From the NCBI GenBank assembly GCA_963744995.1, contig CAVUWA010000010.1:800001-864000 (forward strand): a DNA stretch of 64,000 nucleotides, in the 5' to 3' direction. Below, in pieces: positions 27,656 to 36,935 of this stretch. The first letter of the stretch is position 1; every line of letters begins with the position of its first letter. The stretch is from Candidatus Eiseniibacteriota bacterium (GTDB lineage Bacteria; Eisenbacteria; RBG-16-71-46). The position numbers were made by a program, and so were the translations under genes. The notes beneath the pieces are model-generated. The model did not search any database. It was given only the letters and a program-made list of their open reading frames with translations, and had not been told where the DNA came from.

Positions 27656-28722
27656 AATCACTGCGGCCGGCGCTCGCGACGCTGGGGTTCTGGCTGCTGC
27701 CGGCGATCGTCGCCACGATCGGCTTCGTGATCGCGCCGATCCGGCCCCACATGCCGTTGCTGCCGACGTTCCTGTCGCAGGTCGTGAACTGGGTCTCGTG
27801 GGCCGGGTGGACGGCTCTGATCTTCACGGCCGGGCGCCGCTTTCCGTTCGAACGCGGCAACTTCGCGCGCGCGCTGGCGGTGCACGTGCCGCTCTCGGTC
27901 GCGGTGGTGCTGCTGCAGATCATGCTGGTGAGGATCGTCGGCCATGCGTTCGGCCTCACCGAGTGGTGGAGCTTCGACAGCACGATGTCGATCGGCATCC
28001 GCGCCTACGGCGATCTGTTCCTGGTGATCTTCTGGGGCATCGTCGGCGCGCAGATGGCATTTCGCTGGCACACGCGCTGGCGCGAGCAGACCGTGCGCAC
28101 CGCCCGGCTGCGGCAGGACCTCGCGGTCGCACATCTGCGCGCGCTGCAGTCGCAGCTCAATCCGCACTTCCTCTTCAACGTCCTCAACTCGGTCGTCACC
28201 CTGATCGACCGCGATCCGGCCGCCGCGCAGCAGATGGTGGTGCGGCTCTCGGACCTTCTGCGCTCGACGCTCGGCGCGTGGGAGGCGCAGGAGGTCCCGC
28301 TCGACGACGAGCTGCGCTTCACCGCGCAGTACCTCGAGATCGAGCGGGTGCGTTTCAGCGGCCGCCTGCGGGTCGAATGGGCGGTCGATTGCAACGGCGC
28401 GCCGCTCGTTCCCGCGTTCGGGCTGCAGCCGCTGGTCGAAAACGCGATCGTGCACGGGGTCGCGCCGCGCGTGAACGGCGGCGCCATCGCGATCGGCGCG
28501 GCGCGGCGCGGTGAATCGCTCGTGCTCACCGTGTCGGACTCGGGCGAGGGGCCGCGCGCGCGGGAGGACCGGCCGGGCGCCGGCGTCGGGCTCGCGAACC
28601 TGCGCTCGCGTCTCGCCGGGCTCTACGGCGCCGCCGCGCGGCTGGACCTCGAATCGGAAACGGCCGGCCTCACCCGCGCGACCCTGGTATTACCCTGGCA
28701 CGAACAGGCCGAGCCCGCCTGA
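27652..28722 (+). CDS. LytS-family sensor histidine kinase
   Basis: TM region, QLNPHFLFNVLN, LQPLVENAIVHG, GVGLAN; GTGA overlap with the regulator. Confidence 0.92.
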   Translation: MKSLRPALATLGFWLLPAIVATIGFVIAPIRPHMPLLPTFLSQVVNWVSWAGWTALIFTAGRRFPFERGNFARALAVHVPLSVAVVLLQIMLVRIVGHAFGLTEWWSFDSTMSIGIRAYGDLFLVIFWGIVGAQMAFRWHTRWREQTVRTARLRQDLAVAHLRALQSQLNPHFLFNVLNSVVTLIDRDPAAAQQMVVRLSDLLRSTLGAWEAQEVPLDDELRFTAQYLEIERVRFSGRLRVEWAVDCNGAPLVPAFGLQPLVENAIVHGVAPRVNGGAIAIGAARRGESLVLTVSDSGEGPRAREDRPGAGVGLANLRSRLAGLYGAAARLDLESETAGLTRATLVLPWHEQAEPA

Positions 28723-28764
28723 GCGGAGGCCGGCTGGGCGCTCGAAGAGGAAGGCGCCCCGTCG

Positions 28765-29412
28765 TCAGTCGGCGTCTTCGCCCGGGGCGACAGCCAGTAT
28801 CAGCGTCAGGACGCGGTAGGTGCCGTCGACTCGCGCACGAGCTTCGAGGACGTCCACGAAGCCCAGGCCAGCCCGCAACTCGACAGTGGCTCGACCCCGG
28901 CCGGAGCCCAGATCGGCGCCGAGACCGATGACGGCGCCGGCGTCGCGGGCGCGGACATCCCCTGGATCGACGGGCTCGTCACCGGCGTACCTCCCCGGCG
29001 CGATGCGTGAGGACAGACGCCAGGCGAAATAGGGCCCTGCCAGCGCGTAGGGGCGAAGCCTGCCGGTCCGCCGAAGCGACGCCCTGGCGAGCAGGTGGAA
29101 CTGCGCGTAGCGAACGTCGAGGCGTCGCCGGAACCCGATGACGTCCGGGAAGGATCGCGCGCGGCTCGCAAACAGACCTTCCGCCTGGACACCCCATGAG
29201 GTCGTAGAGCGGGGCCAGCGAATGGCAACGCCCCCGTCGAATCCACCGCTGGCGCGGTCCAGCGACTCGGACAGCGTTCCGGTTGCGCCCGTGACGGACG
29301 GGCCCATGCGGACGTCCCAGGCGACCGGAGGGCTCGCAGCCGCAGAACTCCAACAGCCGAAGGTCAGGCTCAGGGCCCCTGCGCAGGCGAGAAAGGGCCG
29401 TTTCGAGAGCAC
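28765..29412 (-). CDS. Outer-membrane beta-barrel (PorT/porin family) protein
   Basis: Signal peptide, GVQAEGLF, PYALAGPYF, DAGAVIGLG, ELRAGLG. GAGG before GTG 29412. Confidence 0.65.
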   Translation of the reverse strand: MLSKRPFLACAGALSLTFGCWSSAAASPPVAWDVRMGPSVTGATGTLSESLDRASGGFDGGVAIRWPRSTTSWGVQAEGLFASRARSFPDVIGFRRRLDVRYAQFHLLARASLRRTGRLRPYALAGPYFAWRLSSRIAPGRYAGDEPVDPGDVRARDAGAVIGLGADLGSGRGRATVELRAGLGFVDVLEARARVDGTYRVLTLILAVAPGEDAD

Positions 29413-29595
29413 GGGCGACCTCGATGAGAGGGCTGAGAACACGGGGAGCGTAGCGCGAGGGTGCCCCCCAGCAAGGCTCTGGAGAAGCACCCCGGGCGCT
29501 GCCGAGACCATGGCGGAGCTCCAGCGACCGCACCGCCCGGACCGGGGAACGCATGACCGGGGACGACTTCCACGTCCCCCGGAACCGGAGCGGCG

Positions 29596-30925
29596 CTACT
29601 TCGGAAGCGGCAGCTGCAGCAGGACCGGTGCGGCGAGCCGCGTGCCCGGCCGGCGCGCACCCTTCCCGTCGTACTTCTCCCACTGGCTGTTGGCGACGTA
29701 GATGAGCCGGTCGCCGAGCACCGTCGCGATCGTGGGCTCGTCGGCGGGCGGAACATGGCGGTCGATCGTTTCGACTGCGGTGATCCGGAGGCCGGTGCGA
29801 TCGAGCGGCATGCGCACGACGCGCGGCGGCTGGACGCCGTTCTGCACGCCGTAGAGCGCGCCGGAGTCGAGCACGATGCCGTCCATGCCGAGCGTCGTCG
29901 CGCCTTCCGGGGCGGCGAGCCGCGCGACCTCGCCGCTCGCCGGGAGCCATCGCAGCATGCCGTGCGAATAGTCCGACAGGTAGACGACCCCGTCCCCCGC
30001 GGGCGCGACGCCCTGCAGCGAGCGGAACAGCGGATGGGTGAACGATTGCAGCGAGTCCGCCCCCGGCGCGAGGGTGTAGACGACCGGCTGCACGGAATCG
30101 GTGACGTATACCTCGCCGCCCGGCGCGACGGCGAGATCGCCGAGCACGTGCGCCTTGCCCGCCGGCGCGTCCCAGCGACCGAGCACGCGGCCGCTCGACG
30201 GATCCACTTCCAGCAGCGCGGCGATCGACGAATCCGCCGGCGCGTAGTTCGCCATCGCCGGGTGCGCGACCGTCGTCGCCCACAGCACGCCGCGGGCAGC
30301 GTCCCAGCGCACGCCCATCACGGCGCCGACGCCCGCGGCGCGGTCGAGGCCGAGGTCGCGCGCCGCGCCGCGGGAATCCACCGCGTAGATCGTGCGATGG
30401 CGAATGCTGCCGACGTAGACGAGGCCGCGCGCCGGATCGGCGTCCGCGCCCTCGGGGAAGATCGTGCTGTCGGCGAGCGACGCCCACACCGTGCTTGCGG
30501 CGAGTGGCCGGGTGGCGGACTCCAGCGCGGCCAGTGCGGCGCCCGCGCGGCCGCCGGCCGCCCGGCTGCGTACCGCGGAGTCGGCCGCCACGCCCGCGCC
30601 GCTGCCGAGCCGTGCGAGGCGCTCGAGCGCGGCGGCGAGGGCGAGCGTATCGCCGGCGCGGGCGTCCAGCCGCGCGAGCGCCTGCAGATAGGCCGGCTGT
30701 TCCGGCCACGCGTGCGCGGCACGCGCCACCCATGCGCGCGTCGCGGCGGCATCGCCTGCGGCGTCCGCGCGCACCGCCTCGCGCCATGCAGCACGGGCCG
30801 CCGCGGCCGAGTCCGCCGCGGCGTCACCTGCCGCAGCGCGGGTCGGGCGCGAGGGCGATCAGCAGGAGCGCAAGGCACACCCGCCCCGGGGCGGGTGTGC
30901 AGGGGAGGCACGCAGGGGTCGGCAT
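29596..30925 (-). pseudogene. Secreted TPR + SMP-30/gluconolactonase-like beta-propeller protein with an apparent frameshift near 30846
   Basis: Mature part (FPEG, YVGS, GDLAV, YVTDS, GMDG, GVQNG, EPT, VANSQW) is open only from about 30857 downward; the signal peptide from ATG 30925 is in another frame. Confidence 0.6.
30875..30900. repeat. Perfect 26-bp palindrome
   Basis: GCACACCCGCCCC|GGGGCGGGTGTGC. Confidence 0.85.
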
Positions 30926-31287
30926 GGGACGATCATTGGCCATCGTCGCTCGCCTGGCAATCGCTCTGATGCGTGGCGGAGGAAAATGTGACGCGCGGGA
31001 CCGCGCCCATGACGGCGCGGTGGGTCCACGGGCGCACGCCTCGGGCCGCACCGCCGGACGCATGCTGATCCGCCCCGCGAACGCCGGCGCGCGACTCGAC
31101 TCGCTGTTCACCCTGCCGCGCCGCGAGGCCCCGGCCGTGCTGGCCGGGCTGATCGCGGACACGCTCGATCGGGTGGACGCGCACCGCCCCGACATTGATA
31201 CTGCACGGGCCCGCCGCCTGTTCGGAATGACACTGGAGGGGTGCACCGAGCGCCCCGCGTTCGGGGGGCCTCATGACCGGGTGACCC

Positions 31288-31923
31288 ATGCGACTGCTGA
31301 AGACGTTATTCGACTCGAACCGCAAGTGGGCCGAAGCCATCAAGCAGGAGCGGCCCGATTTCTTTTCCGCTCTGGCGCACCAGCAGAAACCGCGCTACCT
31401 GTGGATCGGCTGCGCCGACAGCCGCGTTCCCGCGAACCAGATCGTGGGACTCATGCCCGGCGAGCTGTTCGTCCACCGCAACGTCGCGAACCAGGTCGTG
31501 CACACCGACCTCAACTGTCTGTCGGTGCTCCAGTTCGCGGTCGACGTGCTGAAGGTCGAACACGTCATCGTCTGCGGCCACTACGGCTGCGGCGGCATCC
31601 AGGCCGCGCTCGAAGACCGCAGCCTCGGGCTCATCGACAACTGGCTCAGGCACGTGGAGGACGTGGCCGCGAAGCACGCGGGCGAGCTGGCGAAGCTCGC
31701 CGAGGGCAAGCGCCGCTTCGATCGCCTGAGCGAACTCAACGTGGTCGAGCAGGTCGCGAACGTGTGCCGCACGACGATCGTCCAGGACGCCTGGGCGCGC
31801 GGCCAGAGCCTCGCCGTGCACGGCTGGATCTACGCGATCGATGACGGGCTGCTGAAGGACCTCGGGGTGTGCTTCACCGCGCGCGAGGAGTTCGCCGGCG
31901 CGGGCGGAGCCGGGCAGCCGTGA
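31288..31923 (+). CDS. can: Beta-class carbonic anhydrase
   Basis: [37 protein letters not shown]. Confidence 0.95.
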   Translation: MRLLKTLFDSNRKWAEAIKQERPDFFSALAHQQKPRYLWIGCADSRVPANQIVGLMPGELFVHRNVANQVVHTDLNCLSVLQFAVDVLKVEHVIVCGHYGCGGIQAALEDRSLGLIDNWLRHVEDVAAKHAGELAKLAEGKRRFDRLSELNVVEQVANVCRTTIVQDAWARGQSLAVHGWIYAIDDGLLKDLGVCFTAREEFAGAGGAGQP

Positions 31924-32002
31924 CGCGGCGGCGCCGCGCGCCGCCCGCGAAGGCATCGCCATCCTGTCCGCGCGATAGCCACCGGCCGCACCGCTGAAGG
32001 CG

Positions 32003-33985
32003 ATGTCCTGGCTCGAGCGCATCCGGCCCGTCCACCTGATCGTGGCGCTCGTCGTGCTGGTCGTCGGCATCGACGTCGTTTCGTTCCCGTTCTACGCTGA
32101 CGACTTCCATTTCCTCGACGTCGCGCGCCACCGCCCGTTCCTGGAACTCATGACCGGCCGCTACGGCATCTGGCCGTGGTACCGGCCGCTCTCGCGCGAG
32201 CTGTTCTTCGTGCTGCTCACCCACGTCGGCCCGTGGGGGGCGCCGTTCGGGCACGCGATCGAGACCGTCGTGGTGGCCGTCTCCGCGGTGCTGATCTACC
32301 GCATTGCGACGCTGCTCGGCTCGGCACGCGCCGGCGCGATCGCGGCGATGCTGTTCGTCACCTACGAGGCGACCAAGATGCTCGCGTCCTGGGCGAGCGG
32401 CTTCCAGGACCTGCTGGCGCTGATGCTGTCGCTGGCGGCGGTGCGCGCCATGCAGCGCGGGCGCTACCAGGCGGTCCTCGTGTACGCGGCGCTCGCCCCG
32501 CTCGCCAAGGAGCCGGCGTTCGTCGTCTATCCGATCCTGCTGCTCTTCGCCCGGATGTTCGACTGGCGTGGCGAGGGGCGCCCCGGTGTCCGCGCGCTCG
32601 CGGCGTCCGCGGGGGTGCCCGTCGCGTTGCACGTGATCGCGCGCGTGACCTGGGTGAATCTGGCCACCGTGGAGCCGGCGGCCCTCAACCCGCCGTCCGT
32701 AACGTTCATCCTCGGCGAGGCGCTGCGCTTCTTCGTCGGCACCGGCCCCGTGCTCACGTTCCGGTCGCTGGCGATCGCGGCGCTCGCCGCCGGCGTTGCG
32801 TGGCTGTTCGCGAGGCAGGCGATCGCGGCCGCCGATGATGCGACCGCCTCATCGGAGCGCCGGCTGGTCGTCGGCTTCGCGGGCGCCACGCTGCTGGGCG
32901 CCGCTCCCGCCGCGGTCGGCAACGCGATGTTCTACCATTCGAACGCCTATCACCTGATCCCTGCAGTGCCGTGGGCCTGCATGCTGGTGGGGCTGCTGCT
33001 CGCCCGCGCGCCCGCGGCGTTCCTGCGTATCGCGGTGCCCGGGCTGGTAGTCTGGAACGCGGCGGCGCTCGGCGTCGCGAAGCCCGACCTCGACACGCCC
33101 GCGGCCTGGAACATCCCCAACTTCACCTGGGTGGACGCGCAGCGCTTCGCCGCCGTGACGCGGCGCTTCGACGCGGACCTCCACACGCTGCTCGCCGATC
33201 GGCCCGACCATCTCGTGGTGCTGTTCCAGAACCTGCCGCCACGGACGTTCATCCAGACCGAGGACGGCCCCGCGGTGCGCGAGCTGCTGCGCGACCCGAC
33301 GCTCGCGAGCTACTGGAGCACCGAGACTCCGTGGCTGCCCGAGCGGCGGCCGGTCACCTTCGTCACGTTCGACTTCGGCACGCTGCACCTGCGCAAGGCC
33401 GCGTGGGGTCCGCCCGAAGCGCTTCACCGCGCGAGCAACGCGATCATCGCCGGGCGCGGCGCGATCGCCGCCGCGACCCTGCGCTACGCGATCCCACCGG
33501 GCGACGAGGAGCCCGCGCGCTCGCACCTGATGGCGGCGGCCGTGCTGATCGCGCACGGCCCCGAGGCCTACCTCGGCCGCCTCGCAGCCATGGGACTCGC
33601 CGACTCCACCACGCCGCGCATCGCAGCGGTGGTGCGGGCGCTCGGCGGCGGCGACCCCGTGCTCATGCCCGGGTATCAGCGGATGCTCGAACATCCGCTC
33701 AGCGCCCAGGTCTACGTCGCGCTCGCCGATTCGTTCGCGCGCGAGGGCGTGACGCAGGGCGAGGCGTTCGAGCTGCGCATGGCGATCACGCTCGATCCCA
33801 CGCGCTGGGCGGAACGCTGGCGCCTCGCCGGGAAGATGGTCGACCTCGGCGGCGGCCAGGAGGCACTGGAGGAGTTGCAGTCGCTCGCCGCCGCGCGGGA
33901 TGCCGGCACATGGGCCGCGCGGGCGCAGGCGGCGCTGGATTCGCTGGCTGCCGAAGGCGTCCCGGTAGCTTCTACGCGCCGGTAG
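32003..33985 (+). CDS. Polytopic membrane protein, GT-C/TMTC-like glycosyltransferase candidate with helical C-terminus
   Basis: FYADDFHFL loop, WYRPL, AKEPA, multiple TMs, TPR-like tail. Confidence 0.55.
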   Translation: MSWLERIRPVHLIVALVVLVVGIDVVSFPFYADDFHFLDVARHRPFLELMTGRYGIWPWYRPLSRELFFVLLTHVGPWGAPFGHAIETVVVAVSAVLIYRIATLLGSARAGAIAAMLFVTYEATKMLASWASGFQDLLALMLSLAAVRAMQRGRYQAVLVYAALAPLAKEPAFVVYPILLLFARMFDWRGEGRPGVRALAASAGVPVALHVIARVTWVNLATVEPAALNPPSVTFILGEALRFFVGTGPVLTFRSLAIAALAAGVAWLFARQAIAAADDATASSERRLVVGFAGATLLGAAPAAVGNAMFYHSNAYHLIPAVPWACMLVGLLLARAPAAFLRIAVPGLVVWNAAALGVAKPDLDTPAAWNIPNFTWVDAQRFAAVTRRFDADLHTLLADRPDHLVVLFQNLPPRTFIQTEDGPAVRELLRDPTLASYWSTETPWLPERRPVTFVTFDFGTLHLRKAAWGPPEALHRASNAIIAGRGAIAAATLRYAIPPGDEEPARSHLMAAAVLIAHGPEAYLGRLAAMGLADSTTPRIAAVVRALGGGDPVLMPGYQRMLEHPLSAQVYVALADSFAREGVTQGEAFELRMAITLDPTRWAERWRLAGKMVDLGGGQEALEELQSLAAARDAGTWAARAQAALDSLAAEGVPVASTRR

Positions 33986-34544
33986 ACCGGTCCGCGCCGC
34001 CCAGCGAGAACAGGAACGCCTCGACCTCCCCGGCGCCCCGCAGACGAACGAGATGCAGATGGCGGAACCGCGGCTCGCTAAGCATGCGCTCGTACAAACG
34101 CCGGCGCGGGAAGTGGGTGTGAAGCACCCACCACGGAATCCACTCGTGGCTCAGGACATCGAGCTTCTCGCGATTGCCCGCGAACAATCGCTCACGGGTG
34201 ACCAGGCGGCGCAGCGTGCGGCGCCATGCGCGGGTAAACGTCACCCGCAGCGGCGGATCGAGCCAGATCAGGTCCGTGGCGCGACCCCACACCAGATCGC
34301 TCACTTTCCCGTAGTTGCCGTCGATGATCCAGCGGTCGCCGGCGGCGGCCTGTTCCACGCGCGATCGGAACAGTTCGATGGGAAGGCTCTGCCAGTGCGG
34401 CTGCCAGTACAGCGCATCCAGCTCGACGTGCGGCAGGTCGAGCCGCTTCGACAGCGCGCGGCTGAGCGTGGTCTTGCCCGCGCAGCTGCTCCCGACCAAT
34501 GCGATGCGCTGCAGGATGGGCCGCCGCGTCGCCACGCCAGTCAC
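33972..34544 (-). CDS. Adenylate-kinase-like P-loop protein (FlaR/topology-modulation family)
   Basis: VGSSCAGKTT, ELDALYW, WIIDGNY, IWLD, GNRE. Start GTG 34544 directly after the PfkB stop. Confidence 0.82.
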   Translation of the reverse strand: MTGVATRRPILQRIALVGSSCAGKTTLSRALSKRLDLPHVELDALYWQPHWQSLPIELFRSRVEQAAAGDRWIIDGNYGKVSDLVWGRATDLIWLDPPLRVTFTRAWRRTLRRLVTRERLFAGNREKLDVLSHEWIPWWVLHTHFPRRRLYERMLSEPRFRHLHLVRLRGAGEVEAFLFSLGGADRSTGA

Positions 34545-34546
34545 CC

Positions 34547-35506
34547 TTACCGGATCGCTCCCAGCCATTCCTTCAGCCGGCGCTGGGCCTCTTCGCTCGT
34601 CGCGCGCATCAGTCCGCGCGCCCCCCAGTCCTCGAGGCAGAAGCTCGCCGAGATCGTGCCGCGGTCGAGCGCGCCCTGCACGGTGCCGCCCGCGAGCACC
34701 GCGGCGAGAAAGCCGCCGGCGAACGCATCCCCCGAGCCGGTCGGATCGCCGGTCAGCCGCGGCACCGCCGGCCACTCGATGAAGCTCTCCGCGCGCGCGT
34801 CGTAGAGGATTCCGCCGCGGTTGCCGCGCTTGAACGCGACGAAACGCAGCCGCCCACCGGCGAGGCGCCGCAGCGCCGCGCGCGGATCCTCGGCGACGTC
34901 GTCCAGCAGCAGCTCGTCTTCGCTGACGAAGAACGCGTCCACGCCGGCGAGCACCTCGCGCCAGCGCGCGAGGTTCTTCTCGGTGACCAGCTCGTAGGGA
35001 TCGATCGAGAGCCCCGCCTCGCGGCGCGGCGCGAGCGCGGCCACCAGTTCCGCCTGGCGCTCGAGCGGCATCGGCGCGAGGTGGAACGCGCGTGCCTCCA
35101 GGCAATGCGTCGGAATCGCGCGCGGGTCGGGCGATACCTCCTGGTGGGAAGGCAGGCCGAGGTGGTGGATGACACGCCGGCCCGCCGCCTCGTAGAGCAG
35201 CCAGGTGCGCAGCCCCGGCCCCTCGAGCTCGCGCACGCCCGAGAGATCCACGCCGCGCCGCATCATGGCGTCGAGCGCGGCCAGCGGGTAGTCGTCGCCG
35301 CGCACGCTCACGACCGCGGTGCGTGCACCCCAGAGCGTCGCCGCGAGCGCCGCGTAGAGGCACGCGCCGCCGGGCTCAGCGATGAACGTGCGCCCGTCCG
35401 GAAACACCGCGTCGTCGATCAGCAGGTTGCCGATCACGACCAGGTCCGGGCCGCCGCCGCGCGGCGCAGCGCCGGTGCCGCCGGACGTCGCTTCGCCGAA
35501 GGTCAT
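34547..35506 (-). CDS. PfkB-family carbohydrate/nucleoside kinase
   Basis: PGGACLY, GDD, SIDP, KRG..G, DPTGSGDAFAGG. Confidence 0.88.
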   Translation of the reverse strand: MTFGEATSGGTGAAPRGGGPDLVVIGNLLIDDAVFPDGRTFIAEPGGACLYAALAATLWGARTAVVSVRGDDYPLAALDAMMRRGVDLSGVRELEGPGLRTWLLYEAAGRRVIHHLGLPSHQEVSPDPRAIPTHCLEARAFHLAPMPLERQAELVAALAPRREAGLSIDPYELVTEKNLARWREVLAGVDAFFVSEDELLLDDVAEDPRAALRRLAGGRLRFVAFKRGNRGGILYDARAESFIEWPAVPRLTGDPTGSGDAFAGGFLAAVLAGGTVQGALDRGTISASFCLEDWGARGLMRATSEEAQRRLKEWLGAIR

Positions 35507-36339
35507 CGCGCGACGACCGCGCGGAACGCCTCGGCCACCGCGCGCACGCGGGCCGGATCGAGGGCGTTCGACCAGATGCCGTCGGCCTTCACCGACGAGC
35601 CGACGATGAAACCGTCGGCCGCCGCGTAGCGCGCGAGGTTCGAAGGCGCGAGCCCCGAGCCGACCAGCACGGGCGCCGTCACCGCGGCGGCCACCGCCTG
35701 GACGTCGCCGGGCAACGCTTCCTCGCCGGTCGCCGTGCCGGTCACGACCACGCCGTCGGCGAGATTGAAGACGGCCGCCTTCGCCGTGTCGGCGAGGCTC
35801 ACGTCGGCCGTCACCGCGTGCGCGGCATGCTTCTTCTTGATGTCGGCGAACACCGCGATTTCGTCGGCGCCCATCGCGCGGCGCGCGCGGAGCAGCGGCC
35901 CCGCGCCCGCTTCGAGCCAGCCCTCGTCGGCGACGTGGCCGAACACGAACGCCTCGGCACGGATGAACGACGCGCCCGAGGCCAGCGCCACCGCCAGGGC
36001 TTCGCGGTTCGCCGCGGCGAGCACCTGAACGCCGAGCGGCAGCGGGACCTCGCGCCGCACCTCGCGCCCGACCACCGCCATCGCCGCCACCGTCTCGGGG
36101 GACACCGTGCCCTTCAGATAGGGCAGGTCATGCATGTTCTCGATCATCAGCGCATCGAAGCCGTGCTCGCGATACACGCGTGCCTCGGCGACCGCGGTCG
36201 CGGCGATCTCGTCCATCGACATCGTGTGGCGCGGCGCGCCCGGCAGCGCGCGGACGTGCAGCATGCCGATCAGCGTGCGCGGCGTGCCGAACACACGCTG
36301 CAACGTGGCGGCGGCCTGGGGCCGCGGAATGGAGGTCAT
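35503..36339 (-). CDS. BtpA/SgcQ family TIM-barrel protein
   Basis: GMLHVRALPG, IENMHD, DIKKKH, ADGVVVTG..TG, VGSG, IVGS. Confidence 0.92.
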   Translation of the reverse strand: MTSIPRPQAAATLQRVFGTPRTLIGMLHVRALPGAPRHTMSMDEIAATAVAEARVYREHGFDALMIENMHDLPYLKGTVSPETVAAMAVVGREVRREVPLPLGVQVLAAANREALAVALASGASFIRAEAFVFGHVADEGWLEAGAGPLLRARRAMGADEIAVFADIKKKHAAHAVTADVSLADTAKAAVFNLADGVVVTGTATGEEALPGDVQAVAAAVTAPVLVGSGLAPSNLARYAAADGFIVGSSVKADGIWSNALDPARVRAVAEAFRAVVAR

Positions 36340-36449
36340 CGGGGACTCCGCGCGAGTGGGTGTCGGGAAGGTTTTCGGCCGATGAGTCTACAACGGGGGC
36401 GGCGCGGGCGGAACGCCTCACGCGGGCGGCGGTCAGTACCGGTGGTTGA

Positions 36450-36935
36450 CTAACGCCCACCCCCGTTCATCCGCCACAGCGCCGAGTTCAGCACCGCGGC
36501 GAACGTCACCCACGCGGCGTACGGCACCAGCAGCCAGCCCGCGAGCGGCCGCACGCGCCCGAACGCCACCATCGTCGTGAGGATCGCCGCCCACAGCACC
36601 ATGATCTCGACCAGCGCTGCGCCCGGCCGGTGGAGACCGAAGAACAGCCAGGTCCAGGCGCCGTTGAGCACGAGCTGCACGGCGTAGATCACCAGCGCCG
36701 CGCGCGCGTCGGAGCGAACCTCCGGGCGCGCCCGCATCTCGCGCCACACCAGCCAGCCGGAAACCCCGATCAGCGCGTAGAGCACCGTCCACACCGGTGC
36801 GAACACCCAGCCCGGCGGATTCCAGGACGGCTTCGCCAGCGCCGTGTACCAGGCGTCGGGCCCCCAGTGCGTGCCGATCACCGCGGGCGCGAACGCGAGC
36901 GCGAGAAACACCACCAGCGTAACCGGACGCTTCAC
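36450..36935 (-). CDS. tspO: TspO/MBR family tryptophan-rich sensory protein
   Basis: WYTALAKPSWNPPGWVFAPVWTVLY, QLVLNGAW, PYAAWVTFA..LN; GTGA overlap with the ubiD stop. Confidence 0.92.
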   Translation of the reverse strand: MKRPVTLVVFLALAFAPAVIGTHWGPDAWYTALAKPSWNPPGWVFAPVWTVLYALIGVSGWLVWREMRARPEVRSDARAALVIYAVQLVLNGAWTWLFFGLHRPGAALVEIMVLWAAILTTMVAFGRVRPLAGWLLVPYAAWVTFAAVLNSALWRMNGGGR

